Assembly (NCBI RefSeq): GCF_009831105.1
Contig: NZ_WUUQ01000002.1
Location: 150,001-182,000, forward strand
Source of the DNA: Copranaerobaculum intestinale
GTDB taxonomy: Bacteria > Bacillota_I > Bacilli_A > Erysipelotrichales > Erysipelotrichaceae
Direction of reading: 5' to 3'
Length of the DNA: 32,000 bases
Part shown: piece by piece, positions 1 through 7,540 of the stretch
How positions within the stretch are numbered: position 1 is the stretch's first letter
Layout of the letters: the number at the start of each line of letters is the position of its first letter
Notes under the pieces: generated by a model
Databases searched by the model: none
Told to the model about the DNA's origin: nothing
Seen by the model: only the letters and a program-made list of their open reading frames with translations
Program-made: the position numbers and the translations under genes

Positions 1-1
1 A

Positions 2-535
2 AATACCAGCTGCACTGAGGAATATGATCCCAATGTACGACTGTGTCAGGAGACATTATTGCCGTTAGGCATTGATTTTCGTCGCGGAACGGCTAAGCAG
101 CTGCCATTTTCCGATGCTGCTTTCGATATGGTGATCAACCGACATGGCGATTTATGTGCGTCGGAGCTGTATCGCGTCTTGAAGCCGGGAGGACTGTTCA
201 TCAGTGAACAGGTCGGAGAGAATAATGATCGGGAACTGGTAGAGCTGTTATTACCGGGTACCTTGAAGCCATTTCACGGACTGAATTTACACGATCAGTC
301 GCAGGTGTTTGAGCAGGCTGGTTTCACGATTTTGCAAGCTGAAGAAGCATATCGTCCGATTCGCTTTTTTGATGTTGGTGCTTTGGTGTGGTTTGCCTGC
401 ATTTTGGAGTGGGAATTTCCGGGATTTACGGTCGAGCGCTGTATGGACAGATTGCTTGAAGCACAGCGTATACTGGAAAAGGATGGAGAAATCATCGGAT
501 CGATTCATCGCTATTTGTTAATTGTCCGTAAATAA
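2..535 (+). CDS. Class I SAM-dependent methyltransferase (Methyltransf_11-like), 5'-truncated at window edge
   Basis: The frame is open from base 2, with no stop before the TTG at 59 that the ORF track uses as start. LPFSDAAFDMVI...YRVLKPGGLFI resembles the post-motif I/II region of small SAM methyltransferases. A hairpin terminator follows. Confidence 0.6.
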   Translation, partial: NTSCTEEYDPNVRLCQETLLPLGIDFRRGTAKQLPFSDAAFDMVINRHGDLCASELYRVLKPGGLFISEQVGENNDRELVELLLPGTLKPFHGLNLHDQSQVFEQAGFTILQAEEAYRPIRFFDVGALVWFACILEWEFPGFTVERCMDRLLEAQRILEKDGEIIGSIHRYLLIVRK

Positions 536-564
536 GCGAATTTTTAGAATTTTAGATGTAAGTG

Positions 565-589
565 AAGCCGATCATTTGATCGGCTTTTT
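565..589 (+). terminator. Rho-independent terminator
   Basis: AAGCCGATCA (565-574) pairs with TGATCGGCTT (577-586), followed by a T-run. Confidence 0.75.
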
Positions 590-669
590 GCATATTTTCA
601 CAATATCTCAGCCAGCATATGAGTAGCGTTTTTTTTTAATTTGTGGCATAATCTTAAAAAGGTGATGAG

Positions 670-1446
670 ATGGATCATTTAATCGGCTTACGAACGATCA
701 AAACCGGAATTGCGGTAACTTGTACGGTACTGGTATCCAAATTGCTGGAGCTTCAGTATCCTTTTTATGCCGTGATTGCAACGATCATTTCGATGGATAA
801 CTCGATATCCAGTTCTTTTACCAAAGGGAAGAACCGCATGCTGGGAACCACGCTGGGAGCGGTTCTTGGCACTGTCATGGTTATGATTAAGCCGGAGAGT
901 GCTGTTTTGACCGGCATTGCCGTTATGATAGTCATCACTGTATGCAACTTGTTTCACTGGAACGGCAGTATTGTGATTTCCGGTACCGTGATTGCGATCA
1001 TTATGTTTAATCTGAACAATCGCGATCCGTTTCTATATGCATTATCTCGTCTGGGTGATACCTTCATCGGCATCAGCGTTGCGCTGCTAGTCAATATCAG
1101 TATCAAACCGCAGAATTATGAAAAAAAAGTAATTGTAACGAATTTAGAAATTCATAAGGAACTCGATAACTTTCTGGCGCATGATGCATATGATGTTATG
1201 AAACTGGAGCGGGAAATTCAAAGTATGAAATCCCATTTGGCTACTTATGACCGGGAGTTGAGCTGGACGCATCATTATCGTGAGGAAATCAATCTGATTC
1301 GGGATCATTTTCGATGTTACGATGAGATACTGCTGCATCTTGAGACACTTGCAGAGCTGGATGAACTGGATGAAAATGCATCCTATGTTCGTGATTATCA
1401 TGAAAAAAAAGCGCGCAGTTTAATTCTGCGGTATGAGGAGGAATAA
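670..1446 (+). CDS. ArAE/FUSC-family (UPF0421/YgaE-like) integral membrane protein
   Basis: The N-terminus IGLRTIKTGIAV is typical of the aromatic acid exporter / FUSC family. It has about 4-5 hydrophobic helices and then a charged helical C-terminal domain. A 3-nt spacer separates it from cysK. Confidence 0.6.
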   Translation: MDHLIGLRTIKTGIAVTCTVLVSKLLELQYPFYAVIATIISMDNSISSSFTKGKNRMLGTTLGAVLGTVMVMIKPESAVLTGIAVMIVITVCNLFHWNGSIVISGTVIAIIMFNLNNRDPFLYALSRLGDTFIGISVALLVNISIKPQNYEKKVIVTNLEIHKELDNFLAHDAYDVMKLEREIQSMKSHLATYDRELSWTHHYREEINLIRDHFRCYDEILLHLETLAELDELDENASYVRDYHEKKARSLILRYEEE

Positions 1447-1449
1447 GCA

Positions 1450-2334
1450 ATGAAAGCATATGAATTGATCGGGAATACCCCGATGTATCAATTGGAGAAT
1501 ACAAACATTTATATCAAGCTGGAGAAGTTTAATCTGGGCGGAAGTATCAAAGACCGGGCTGTTTTGAAGATGATTCAGACTGCGATGGCTGAAAACAAAA
1601 TTACGAAAGATACAGTCCTCATCGAAGCAACCAGCGGTAATACCGGTATTGCCCTGGCGATGATCGGAGCAATGTTTCAGATACCGGTTATTATTGTCAT
1701 GCCGGAAACAATGAGCGTGGAACGCCGCCAGCTGGTTAAGGCCTATGGGGCGAAGCTGGTGCTGAGCGAAGGCAAGCTGGGCATGAACGGTGCGATAGCT
1801 TATATGGAAAAAGAAAAGCAGGCACATTCGAATTATCGGTCGCTGAGTCAGTTTGATAATGCGGCAAATGTCCAGGCGCATTATGAAACTACAGCCGAGG
1901 AAATTCTGCGTCAGGTACCGGATGTCGATATCTTTGTGGCAGGCATCGGAACCGGAGGCACCTTCACCGGCGTAGCCAAACGATTAAAAGAAGTGAATCC
2001 TGCGATCCGGACGATTGCGGGTGAACCAAAGGACAGCGCAGTGCTCAGCGGTTTGAAGCCGGGGCCGCATAAAATTCAGGGAATTGGGGCTGGTTTTATC
2101 CCATCTATTCTGGATCAGGATTTGATTGATGATATCATGATGGTTACCAATGAAGAAGCGTTGGAGGAAACAAAACAGTTTGTACGGGAAACGGGAATAT
2201 TGATCGGAATCAGCAGCGGAGCGAATATTGCTTTGGCAAAACGGCTTGCGGATCGTAATCCGGATAAAAAGATTGTCACAGTTGCCCCGGATGGCGGCGA
2301 GAAATACTTGTCGATACTGGATTTCGGAGAATAG
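1450..2334 (+). CDS. cysK: Cysteine synthase A (O-acetylserine sulfhydrylase)
   Basis: The PLP lysine motif KLEKFNLGGSIKDRA, TSGNTGIALA and GIGTGGT(F)TG are all present. Length is 294 aa. Confidence 0.9.
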   Translation: MKAYELIGNTPMYQLENTNIYIKLEKFNLGGSIKDRAVLKMIQTAMAENKITKDTVLIEATSGNTGIALAMIGAMFQIPVIIVMPETMSVERRQLVKAYGAKLVLSEGKLGMNGAIAYMEKEKQAHSNYRSLSQFDNAANVQAHYETTAEEILRQVPDVDIFVAGIGTGGTFTGVAKRLKEVNPAIRTIAGEPKDSAVLSGLKPGPHKIQGIGAGFIPSILDQDLIDDIMMVTNEEALEETKQFVRETGILIGISSGANIALAKRLADRNPDKKIVTVAPDGGEKYLSILDFGE

Positions 2335-2337
2335 CGA

Positions 2338-2871
2338 ATGAGTCTGATACGTGATATTTCTTACAATATCACCCGTACGATGGAGTATGATCCGGCTGCG
2401 CATTCTCGGCTGGAAGTGCTGCTACTTTACCCGCACATCAAAGCTTTGCTTCTGCATCGTCTGTCTCATTTCTATTATCGGCACCATCTGTTTTTTCTGG
2501 CACGGCTGAATTCCAATATCGGACGTTTTTGGACTGGCATCGAAATCCATCCCGGCGCAACGATCGGCAGGGGACTTATCATCGATCATGGCATGGGGGT
2601 CGTGATCGGGGAAACAGCAGTTGTCGGTGATGACTGTCTCATCTATCATGGAGTGACCCTGGGAGGTACCGGCAAGGAACACTGTAAACGTCATCCGACC
2701 CTGGGAAATAAAGTCATGGTCGGATCGGGCGCGAAAATTCTCGGTAATATCACCCTTGGTGATCGAGTACAGGTTGGTGCGAACGCCGTTGTCATGAAAA
2801 ACGTACCGGCTGATTGTACGGCTGTCGGAATACCCGCCAGAATCATTGAGAAACACCCAAGCGGCATGTAA
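2338..2871 (+). CDS. cysE: Serine O-acetyltransferase
   Basis: Left-handed beta-helix hexapeptide repeats [43 protein letters not shown]. The gene lies 3 nt after cysK. Confidence 0.88.
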   Translation: MSLIRDISYNITRTMEYDPAAHSRLEVLLLYPHIKALLLHRLSHFYYRHHLFFLARLNSNIGRFWTGIEIHPGATIGRGLIIDHGMGVVIGETAVVGDDCLIYHGVTLGGTGKEHCKRHPTLGNKVMVGSGAKILGNITLGDRVQVGANAVVMKNVPADCTAVGIPARIIEKHPSGM

Positions 2872-2898
2872 AGAGAGGATACGTCCTTTCTTTTTTTT
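2872..2898 (+). terminator. Rho-independent terminator after cysE
   Basis: AGAGAGGA (2872-2879) pairs with TCCTTTCT (2884-2891) across loop TACG, with one G-U pair in the RNA. An 8-T run follows. Confidence 0.7.
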
Positions 2899-2907
2899 GG
2901 TGAATCC

Positions 2908-2915
2908 TGTATAAT
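2908..2915 (+). promoter_or_regulatory. Candidate -10 element (TG + TATAAT) for asnA
   Basis: TATAAT at 2910-2915 with TG immediately upstream. The -35 is weak (TTTCTT). RBS GAAGGAGGA precedes the ATG at 2941. Confidence 0.35.
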
Positions 2916-2940
2916 TACAACCGTTGAAGGAGGATGGGAC

Positions 2941-3954
2941 ATGAGTATGCAGGAACTGATACTGCCGCAGCATTATGAGAATAAGCTCGACATTGTATCG
3001 ACGGAAATTGCAATTAAGTATGTGAAAGATCTGTTTGAAAAAAGACTGGCTCATCACTTGAATCTGATGCGTATATCAGCTCCGCTGTTTGTGGGGGAAG
3101 CAAGCGGACTTAATGATAATCTAAATGGTACGGAGCGTCCGGTCAGCTTCGATATTCTGGAAACAAAGGATGATATGCAGATTGTTCATTCGCTCGCCAA
3201 ATGGAAGCGAATGGCATTGAAACGTTATGGTTTTTCTGTGAATAAGGGCATTTATACCGATATGAATGCAATTCGCAGAGATGAAGCACTGGATAATCTT
3301 CATTCTGTTTATGTTGATCAATGGGACTGGGAAAAAATCATTGATGAATCATCTCGTAATGAGGAAATGCTGAAAGAAACGGTACGTAAAATTATGCGAG
3401 CTCTCAAGGAAACCGAAAAAGAATTAACAATCGTATTTGAAAATTTAGAACCCTTCATTCGAGAGGATATCAAATTTATTACCGCTCAGGAGCTGGAGGA
3501 CCGCTATCCAACCCTCACTCCGAAACAGCGGGAGTATGAAATCACAAAGGAATACAAATCGGTTTTCATCATGCAGATCGGTGATGTGCTAACCAGCGGA
3601 CAAAAACATGACGGCCGTGCGCCTGATTATGATGACTGGAAGCTGAATGGGGACATCTTACTTTATTATCCGGTTTTGGACTGTGCCGTAGAGATCAGTT
3701 CCATGGGCATCCGTGTTGATGAAAAGACCTTACAGGATCAGATCAAAAAATCCGGATGTGAAGAACGATTGGCAATGCCGTTTCACAGACAGCTGTTAAA
3801 TCATGAACTGCCGCTTACGATGGGCGGGGGCATCGGTCAGTCAAGAATTTGTATGATCATGCTGAATAAGGCGCATATCGGGGAAGTACAGGTCGCACAC
3901 TGGCCAACTGATATGATCGTAGCATGTGAAAAACACCATATCCATCTGCTGTAA
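2941..3954 (+). CDS. asnA: Aspartate--ammonia ligase (asparagine synthetase A)
   Basis: 337 aa. ISAPLFV, VYVDQWDWEK and GGGIGQSRICM match the class II aaRS-like AsnA family. Confidence 0.88.
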   Translation: MSMQELILPQHYENKLDIVSTEIAIKYVKDLFEKRLAHHLNLMRISAPLFVGEASGLNDNLNGTERPVSFDILETKDDMQIVHSLAKWKRMALKRYGFSVNKGIYTDMNAIRRDEALDNLHSVYVDQWDWEKIIDESSRNEEMLKETVRKIMRALKETEKELTIVFENLEPFIREDIKFITAQELEDRYPTLTPKQREYEITKEYKSVFIMQIGDVLTSGQKHDGRAPDYDDWKLNGDILLYYPVLDCAVEISSMGIRVDEKTLQDQIKKSGCEERLAMPFHRQLLNHELPLTMGGGIGQSRICMIMLNKAHIGEVQVAHWPTDMIVACEKHHIHLL

Positions 3955-3989
3955 AAAATATATAAACCGCAGGCAAGGGGGATTAGCTT

Positions 3990-4763
3990 ATGAAAAAAGG
4001 AAAACAAAAGGCGTTTATTTATCAATTTACCAATGTTATTTTGGTAATAGCAATAGTATTTACCGGATTGGGACTCATCCATGATGCGATGCAGGCTGAG
4101 TCATGGAACCATATGAGTTTTCTGGTCTATTATGGAGCGGCTTTGATTGTGTTTCTGCTGGCGCTCTTCTTTAATTTCGCATCCTTGCAGTATATATTTT
4201 ATCGGGAAATGCAGCCGCTGACAGCACGGACTGCTTATGAATATATTCTTCATGTAAGCCGTGGATATTATTCCGTGTATTTGCATTGCCTGATCTATCT
4301 TGGCTCCTTTTCAAAAGCCCAAGAGCTGCTGCAGGAATGGAAGCCATCAAAAAATCAAATGTTGTATGCGCATTATTTTGAAGGACTGTTGGCCTATTAT
4401 GAACAAGATAAGCAAACTCTTATTGCGAGTGTGCAGTGGTTTCAAAAGGATACTCAAGCTTTGGCTGATAACAAAGAAAAGCAAGAGCTTGCGGATAAAG
4501 CGCGTAATCGCCGCAAAAACAATTTCAAGTATCAGCTGGAGGCTAAAGCAGCGCTGTTGAATCATGATTATCCAACCGCACTTACAATACTTTCACAAGC
4601 TTTAGAAAGCTGCGATACCAACGTAGAAAAGCTGGCCATTACCTTTGATCAGGGGGTGGCATATGAGGGTATGAGTCAAAATGAACAGGCGCGTAGCTGC
4701 TTTCAGAAAGTGGGTGAGGGAAACAGCGATCTGTATTTTGTCAAACAGGCAAGAAAAAAATAG
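3990..4763 (+). CDS. Hypothetical membrane-anchored protein with a TPR-like helical C-terminal domain
   Basis: Two N-terminal hydrophobic helices (VILVIAIVFTGLGLI and LVYYGAALIVFLLALFF). The rest is helical repeat-like sequence (AQELL..., YPTALTILSQALE, NEQARSCFQKV). I recognise no enzymatic motif. Confidence 0.45.
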   Translation: MKKGKQKAFIYQFTNVILVIAIVFTGLGLIHDAMQAESWNHMSFLVYYGAALIVFLLALFFNFASLQYIFYREMQPLTARTAYEYILHVSRGYYSVYLHCLIYLGSFSKAQELLQEWKPSKNQMLYAHYFEGLLAYYEQDKQTLIASVQWFQKDTQALADNKEKQELADKARNRRKNNFKYQLEAKAALLNHDYPTALTILSQALESCDTNVEKLAITFDQGVAYEGMSQNEQARSCFQKVGEGNSDLYFVKQARKK

Positions 4764-4779
4764 AAATCATAATCATTTT

Positions 4780-4814
4780 ATCTATCCTTTATTGAAAAGA
4801 GGATAGATTTTTTT
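4780..4814 (+). terminator. Rho-independent terminator
   Basis: ATCTATCC (4780-4787) pairs with GGATAGAT (4801-4808), followed by a 7-T run. Confidence 0.7.
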
Positions 4815-4951
4815 ATCAAAGTGAAGTTAAATCAGAAAAAAATAGAAATTCTTCAAATTATCAAACGATACCATGTAACAAATGACCGATCATAAAACTA
4901 AACTCGGAATCATTGCTGTTCCGTTTTTAGAATTGAGATAAATTTTTCAAA

Positions 4952-4980
4952 GAAAAACTGCTGACAGATCGTCAACAGTT
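4952..4980 (-). terminator. Rho-independent terminator of the SDR gene
   Basis: Minus-strand RNA ACUGUUGAC-GAUCU-GUCAGCAGU forms 9 bp with one G-U, followed by UUUUUCUUU. It lies 20 nt beyond the stop at 5000. Confidence 0.7.
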
Positions 4981-4999
4981 CATCAAGTTTTGTAGAACC

Positions 5000-5761
5000 T
5001 TAAGGCATGATGGATGTAGCACCATCGATCACTAAGCTCTGTCCGCTGAAATACTTGCTGTCAGGACCAGCTAGGAATGCGATAACCGGAGCGATATCGG
5101 TCAATGGATCACCCAAGCGTTTCATTGGCTGAGACTGCATAATCTCTGCGTATTTTTCTGGATTCTTTTTCGCCCATTCTTTTGCGGCCGGACTTTCAGC
5201 ACCAGGCAGTACAACATTGACGGTAATATTATACTGACCCCATTCCTTGGCGGCAATTTTGGTTAGACCACGTACGGATTCTTTATTACAGCCGTAAGCC
5301 AGCTGTCCTGCGTAGCCGAACATACCGGTAGCGGAAGCGAAATTAATGATACGTCCTTCTCCCTGTTCCTTCATGTACGGAAAGCATTCCTGCATAAAGT
5401 TTAATGAACCGATCGTTCCGCCCTGCCATGCCAGAAGCATGTTTTCATAGGTAGTATCTTCTACCGTGGCTTTACCTGGTAAGGTTTGTGCGTTATTAAC
5501 CATCACATCAATTGAGCCAAAACGCTTAACGGTTTCTTGAACAACTTCCTTAACCCGGGCACGATCTGCCACATCACAGGAGATGGCAAATGCCTCATTA
5601 CCATTTGCTTTAATTTCCTCAGCAGTGGCAGTAATGGGATCAATTCGTCTTCCAACACAGACTACTTTAACTCCGCGTTCTGCCAAACACAGAGCAATTC
5701 CTTTACCGATGCCCTGACCCGCTCCTGTAACAATAGCTACCTTTTCATGTAATTGTTTCAT
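5000..5761 (-). CDS. Classical SDR-family oxidoreductase (3-oxoacyl-ACP reductase-like)
   Basis: TGAGQGIGKGIA (NAD(P)-binding), NNA and the catalytic S...YGCNK are present. The ORF track starts at 5767, but GGAGG spacing favours the ATG at 5761 (MKQLHEK). Confidence 0.8.
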   Translation of the reverse strand: MKQLHEKVAIVTGAGQGIGKGIALCLAERGVKVVCVGRRIDPITATAEEIKANGNEAFAISCDVADRARVKEVVQETVKRFGSIDVMVNNAQTLPGKATVEDTTYENMLLAWQGGTIGSLNFMQECFPYMKEQGEGRIINFASATGMFGYAGQLAYGCNKESVRGLTKIAAKEWGQYNITVNVVLPGAESPAAKEWAKKNPEKYAEIMQSQPMKRLGDPLTDIAPVIAFLAGPDSKYFSGQSLVIDGATSIMP

Positions 5762-6039
5762 AATCATCCTCCTATTTTCATGTCTACTTACATTATAATC
5801 CTTTCATGCGGAAGCGAAAGTCCTTTCTTGGAAAAAGGATGCCTTTTTGCACATTATGAGGAGGTTCTTTTGATTTTTTATGATAGTTTCCCGATTTGAA
5901 AGAAAATTCTAATAACACAAAACCCTTATTTATCATTATATCATCTATAAAAAGGTACCCAACCTACTATAAAAACACCCATAAACACGGTTGCAAAATT
6001 GTATAATGAAAGCGTATTCAGAAAATTCTCTGAAATTTG

Positions 6040-6068
6040 TTGACATGAAATTTTGAATAGCTTATAAT
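6040..6068 (+). promoter_or_regulatory. Consensus sigma-A promoter of the triple-RidA gene
   Basis: TTGACA (6040-6045), an exact 17-nt spacer, then TATAAT (6063-6068). It lies 52 nt upstream of the ATG at 6120, which is preceded by AAAGGAGA. Confidence 0.75.
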
Positions 6069-6119
6069 CCGCCTGTTAATTCTATTAACGAGCATATATG
6101 AAAAGGAGAATAACAATAT

Positions 6120-7388
6120 ATGAGTAACGACAACGTAGTATTAGGAAGAAATACCGAAAACGCTCCAAAGTGTCCATATAGTTCACAGACAGTAGCATTT
6201 TCACACTACAACAACCTTTCTGCACAATTACCGATTGATCCGAAGACCGGCAATCTGGTAGCTGGCGGAATTAAAGAACAGGCAGAGCAGTGTTTACATA
6301 ATATCAAAGCTATCGTGGAAAGCATTGACCACGTCATGAGCGATGTTATCCGGATCACCGTATTTGTAAAAAACATCAAACATGTTGACGCCGTTGATGA
6401 AGTATACAAAACATTCTTTACGACATACCTGCCGGCGCGTACAACCGTAGCGGTAGCGGATCTGCCAATGGGTGCCATGGTTCAGGTAGAAGCATTGATC
6501 TCCTGCGGCGAGGGAACAATTCCGAATGCGCCTCAGTCCGGCGATCTGATCAAACTGACAAACAATACCGCAAATGCACCGCTGAGCGCTTTATCTACTC
6601 AGACGGTAGCGTTCTCACACTATAACAACCTGACGGCACAGCTGCCTATTTCACCAAAAACCGGCAGAGTGGTAGCGGGTGGCATCAAGGAACAGACGAT
6701 CCAGTGCTTAAGCAACATTAAAGCAATCCTGGAAAGCATCGATGTACCTTTTGATGATATTGTGAAAACAACAATTTACGTAAAAGACCTTGCGGATATG
6801 GATAAGGTAAACGAAGTTTATACAACGTTCCACCCGGATTCAGCAATCGCAAGAGCGGTCGGCTATATGCCTGCTCGTACTGTCGTTGAAGCTGCTGATC
6901 TGCCGATGGGCGCTTTGATTCAGATTGAAGTAGTTGTATCTCATGGCGATGGCACTCCTCCACAGCTGGTGGAAGACAGACATGGTCTGATTATCGAAGC
7001 AAACAATACGGAACATGCACCGGTATGCAAATATGCTTCTCAGACAGTGGCTTTCTCACACTACAACAACATTTCAGGACAGTTTCCGATCGATGCGGAA
7101 ACTGGTAAAATTGTTGCGGGCGGAGTGAAAGAACAAACGGTTCAGTGCCTAAACAACATCAAAACGATTATTGAAAGTGTTGATCACGTAATCGAAGATG
7201 TCGTAAAGGTGAATATCTATCTTAAAAACCTTTCCGATATGGATGCTATGAATGAGGCTTATTCGACTTTCTTTCCAGATGGAGTACCGGCAAGAAGAAT
7301 CGTTGGTGTTTCCAACCTAGCGCATGATGCATTGGTTGAAATCGAAGCAATCGTAGGAAATGCGGAAGGTACACCTCCGGTAAAATAA
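6120..7388 (+). CDS. Three tandem RidA/YjgF/YER057c/UK114 domains fused in one polypeptide
   Basis: SQTVAFSHYNN(L/I)(S/T)(A/G)Q(L/F)PI...TG..VAGG(I/V)KEQ..QCL.NIK.I.ES(I/V)D occurs three times, with the Q codons at 6186, 6600 and 7041. Each module ends in PAR...(V/I)E and a G(E/D)GT(I/P)P linker. Confidence 0.85.
   Translation: MSNDNVVLGRNTENAPKCPYSSQTVAFSHYNNLSAQLPIDPKTGNLVAGGIKEQAEQCLHNIKAIVESIDHVMSDVIRITVFVKNIKHVDAVDEVYKTFFTTYLPARTTVAVADLPMGAMVQVEALISCGEGTIPNAPQSGDLIKLTNNTANAPLSALSTQTVAFSHYNNLTAQLPISPKTGRVVAGGIKEQTIQCLSNIKAILESIDVPFDDIVKTTIYVKDLADMDKVNEVYTTFHPDSAIARAVGYMPARTVVEAADLPMGALIQIEVVVSHGDGTPPQLVEDRHGLIIEANNTEHAPVCKYASQTVAFSHYNNISGQFPIDAETGKIVAGGVKEQTVQCLNNIKTIIESVDHVIEDVVKVNIYLKNLSDMDAMNEAYSTFFPDGVPARRIVGVSNLAHDALVEIEAIVGNAEGTPPVK
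6141..7358 (+). repeat. Diverged intragenic triplication (RidA modules at about 6141-6509, 6546-6947 and 6984-7358)
   Basis: Offsets between equivalent codons are 414 nt and 441 nt. By hand alignment, roughly half the residues are identical between modules 1 and 3. The DNA copies are clearly diverged, so this is not a recent duplication. Confidence 0.8.
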
Positions 7389-7413
7389 GCAGTATACTAT
7401 AAGTATAAAATAG

Positions 7414-7451
7414 ACAGATGATTGCCTACGGAGAAATCATCTGTTTTTTTC
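7414..7451 (+). terminator. Rho-independent terminator of the triple-RidA gene
   Basis: ACAGATGATT (7414-7423) pairs with AATCATCTGT (7435-7444), followed by a 7-T run. Confidence 0.8.
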
Positions 7452-7484
7452 TATTTAAAAAGGATTCAGCAAGATGCTTTCACA

Positions 7485-7519
7485 ATAAAAAGCCTTCCAT
7501 ATCGATGATTGGAAGGCTT
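7485..7519 (-). terminator. Rho-independent terminator of rqcH
   Basis: AGCCTTCCA (7491-7499) pairs with TGGAAGGCT (7510-7518). The minus-strand RNA is followed by UUUUAU. Confidence 0.7.
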
Positions 7520-7540
7520 CATGGTACACGTCTATGTCGA

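Noticed and set aside
590-669. A possible T-box or S-box riboswitch upstream of the cysK-cysE operon, and similarly at 2899-2940 upstream of asnA.
   Set aside because: The leaders are only about 80 nt and 40 nt, far shorter than any T-box or SAM riboswitch. I saw no specifier or antiterminator structure.
1420-1881. Long antisense ORFs inside well-supported genes: 1420-1881(-), 2422-3057(-), 11035-11580(-), 15135-15620(-) and 29817-30326(-), among others.
   Set aside because: They lie wholly within genes that have strong family motifs on the opposite strand. They have odd composition (Cys/His/Arg-rich) and no RBS, which is typical of shadow ORFs.
4882-4941. A 19-codon ORF (MTDHKTKLGIIAVPFLELR) and a small hairpin with a T-run (about 4904-4927) in the 236-nt non-coding stretch between convergent terminators.
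   Set aside because: There is no RBS, and the AT-rich spacer makes short ORFs likely by chance. An sRNA cannot be supported from sequence alone.
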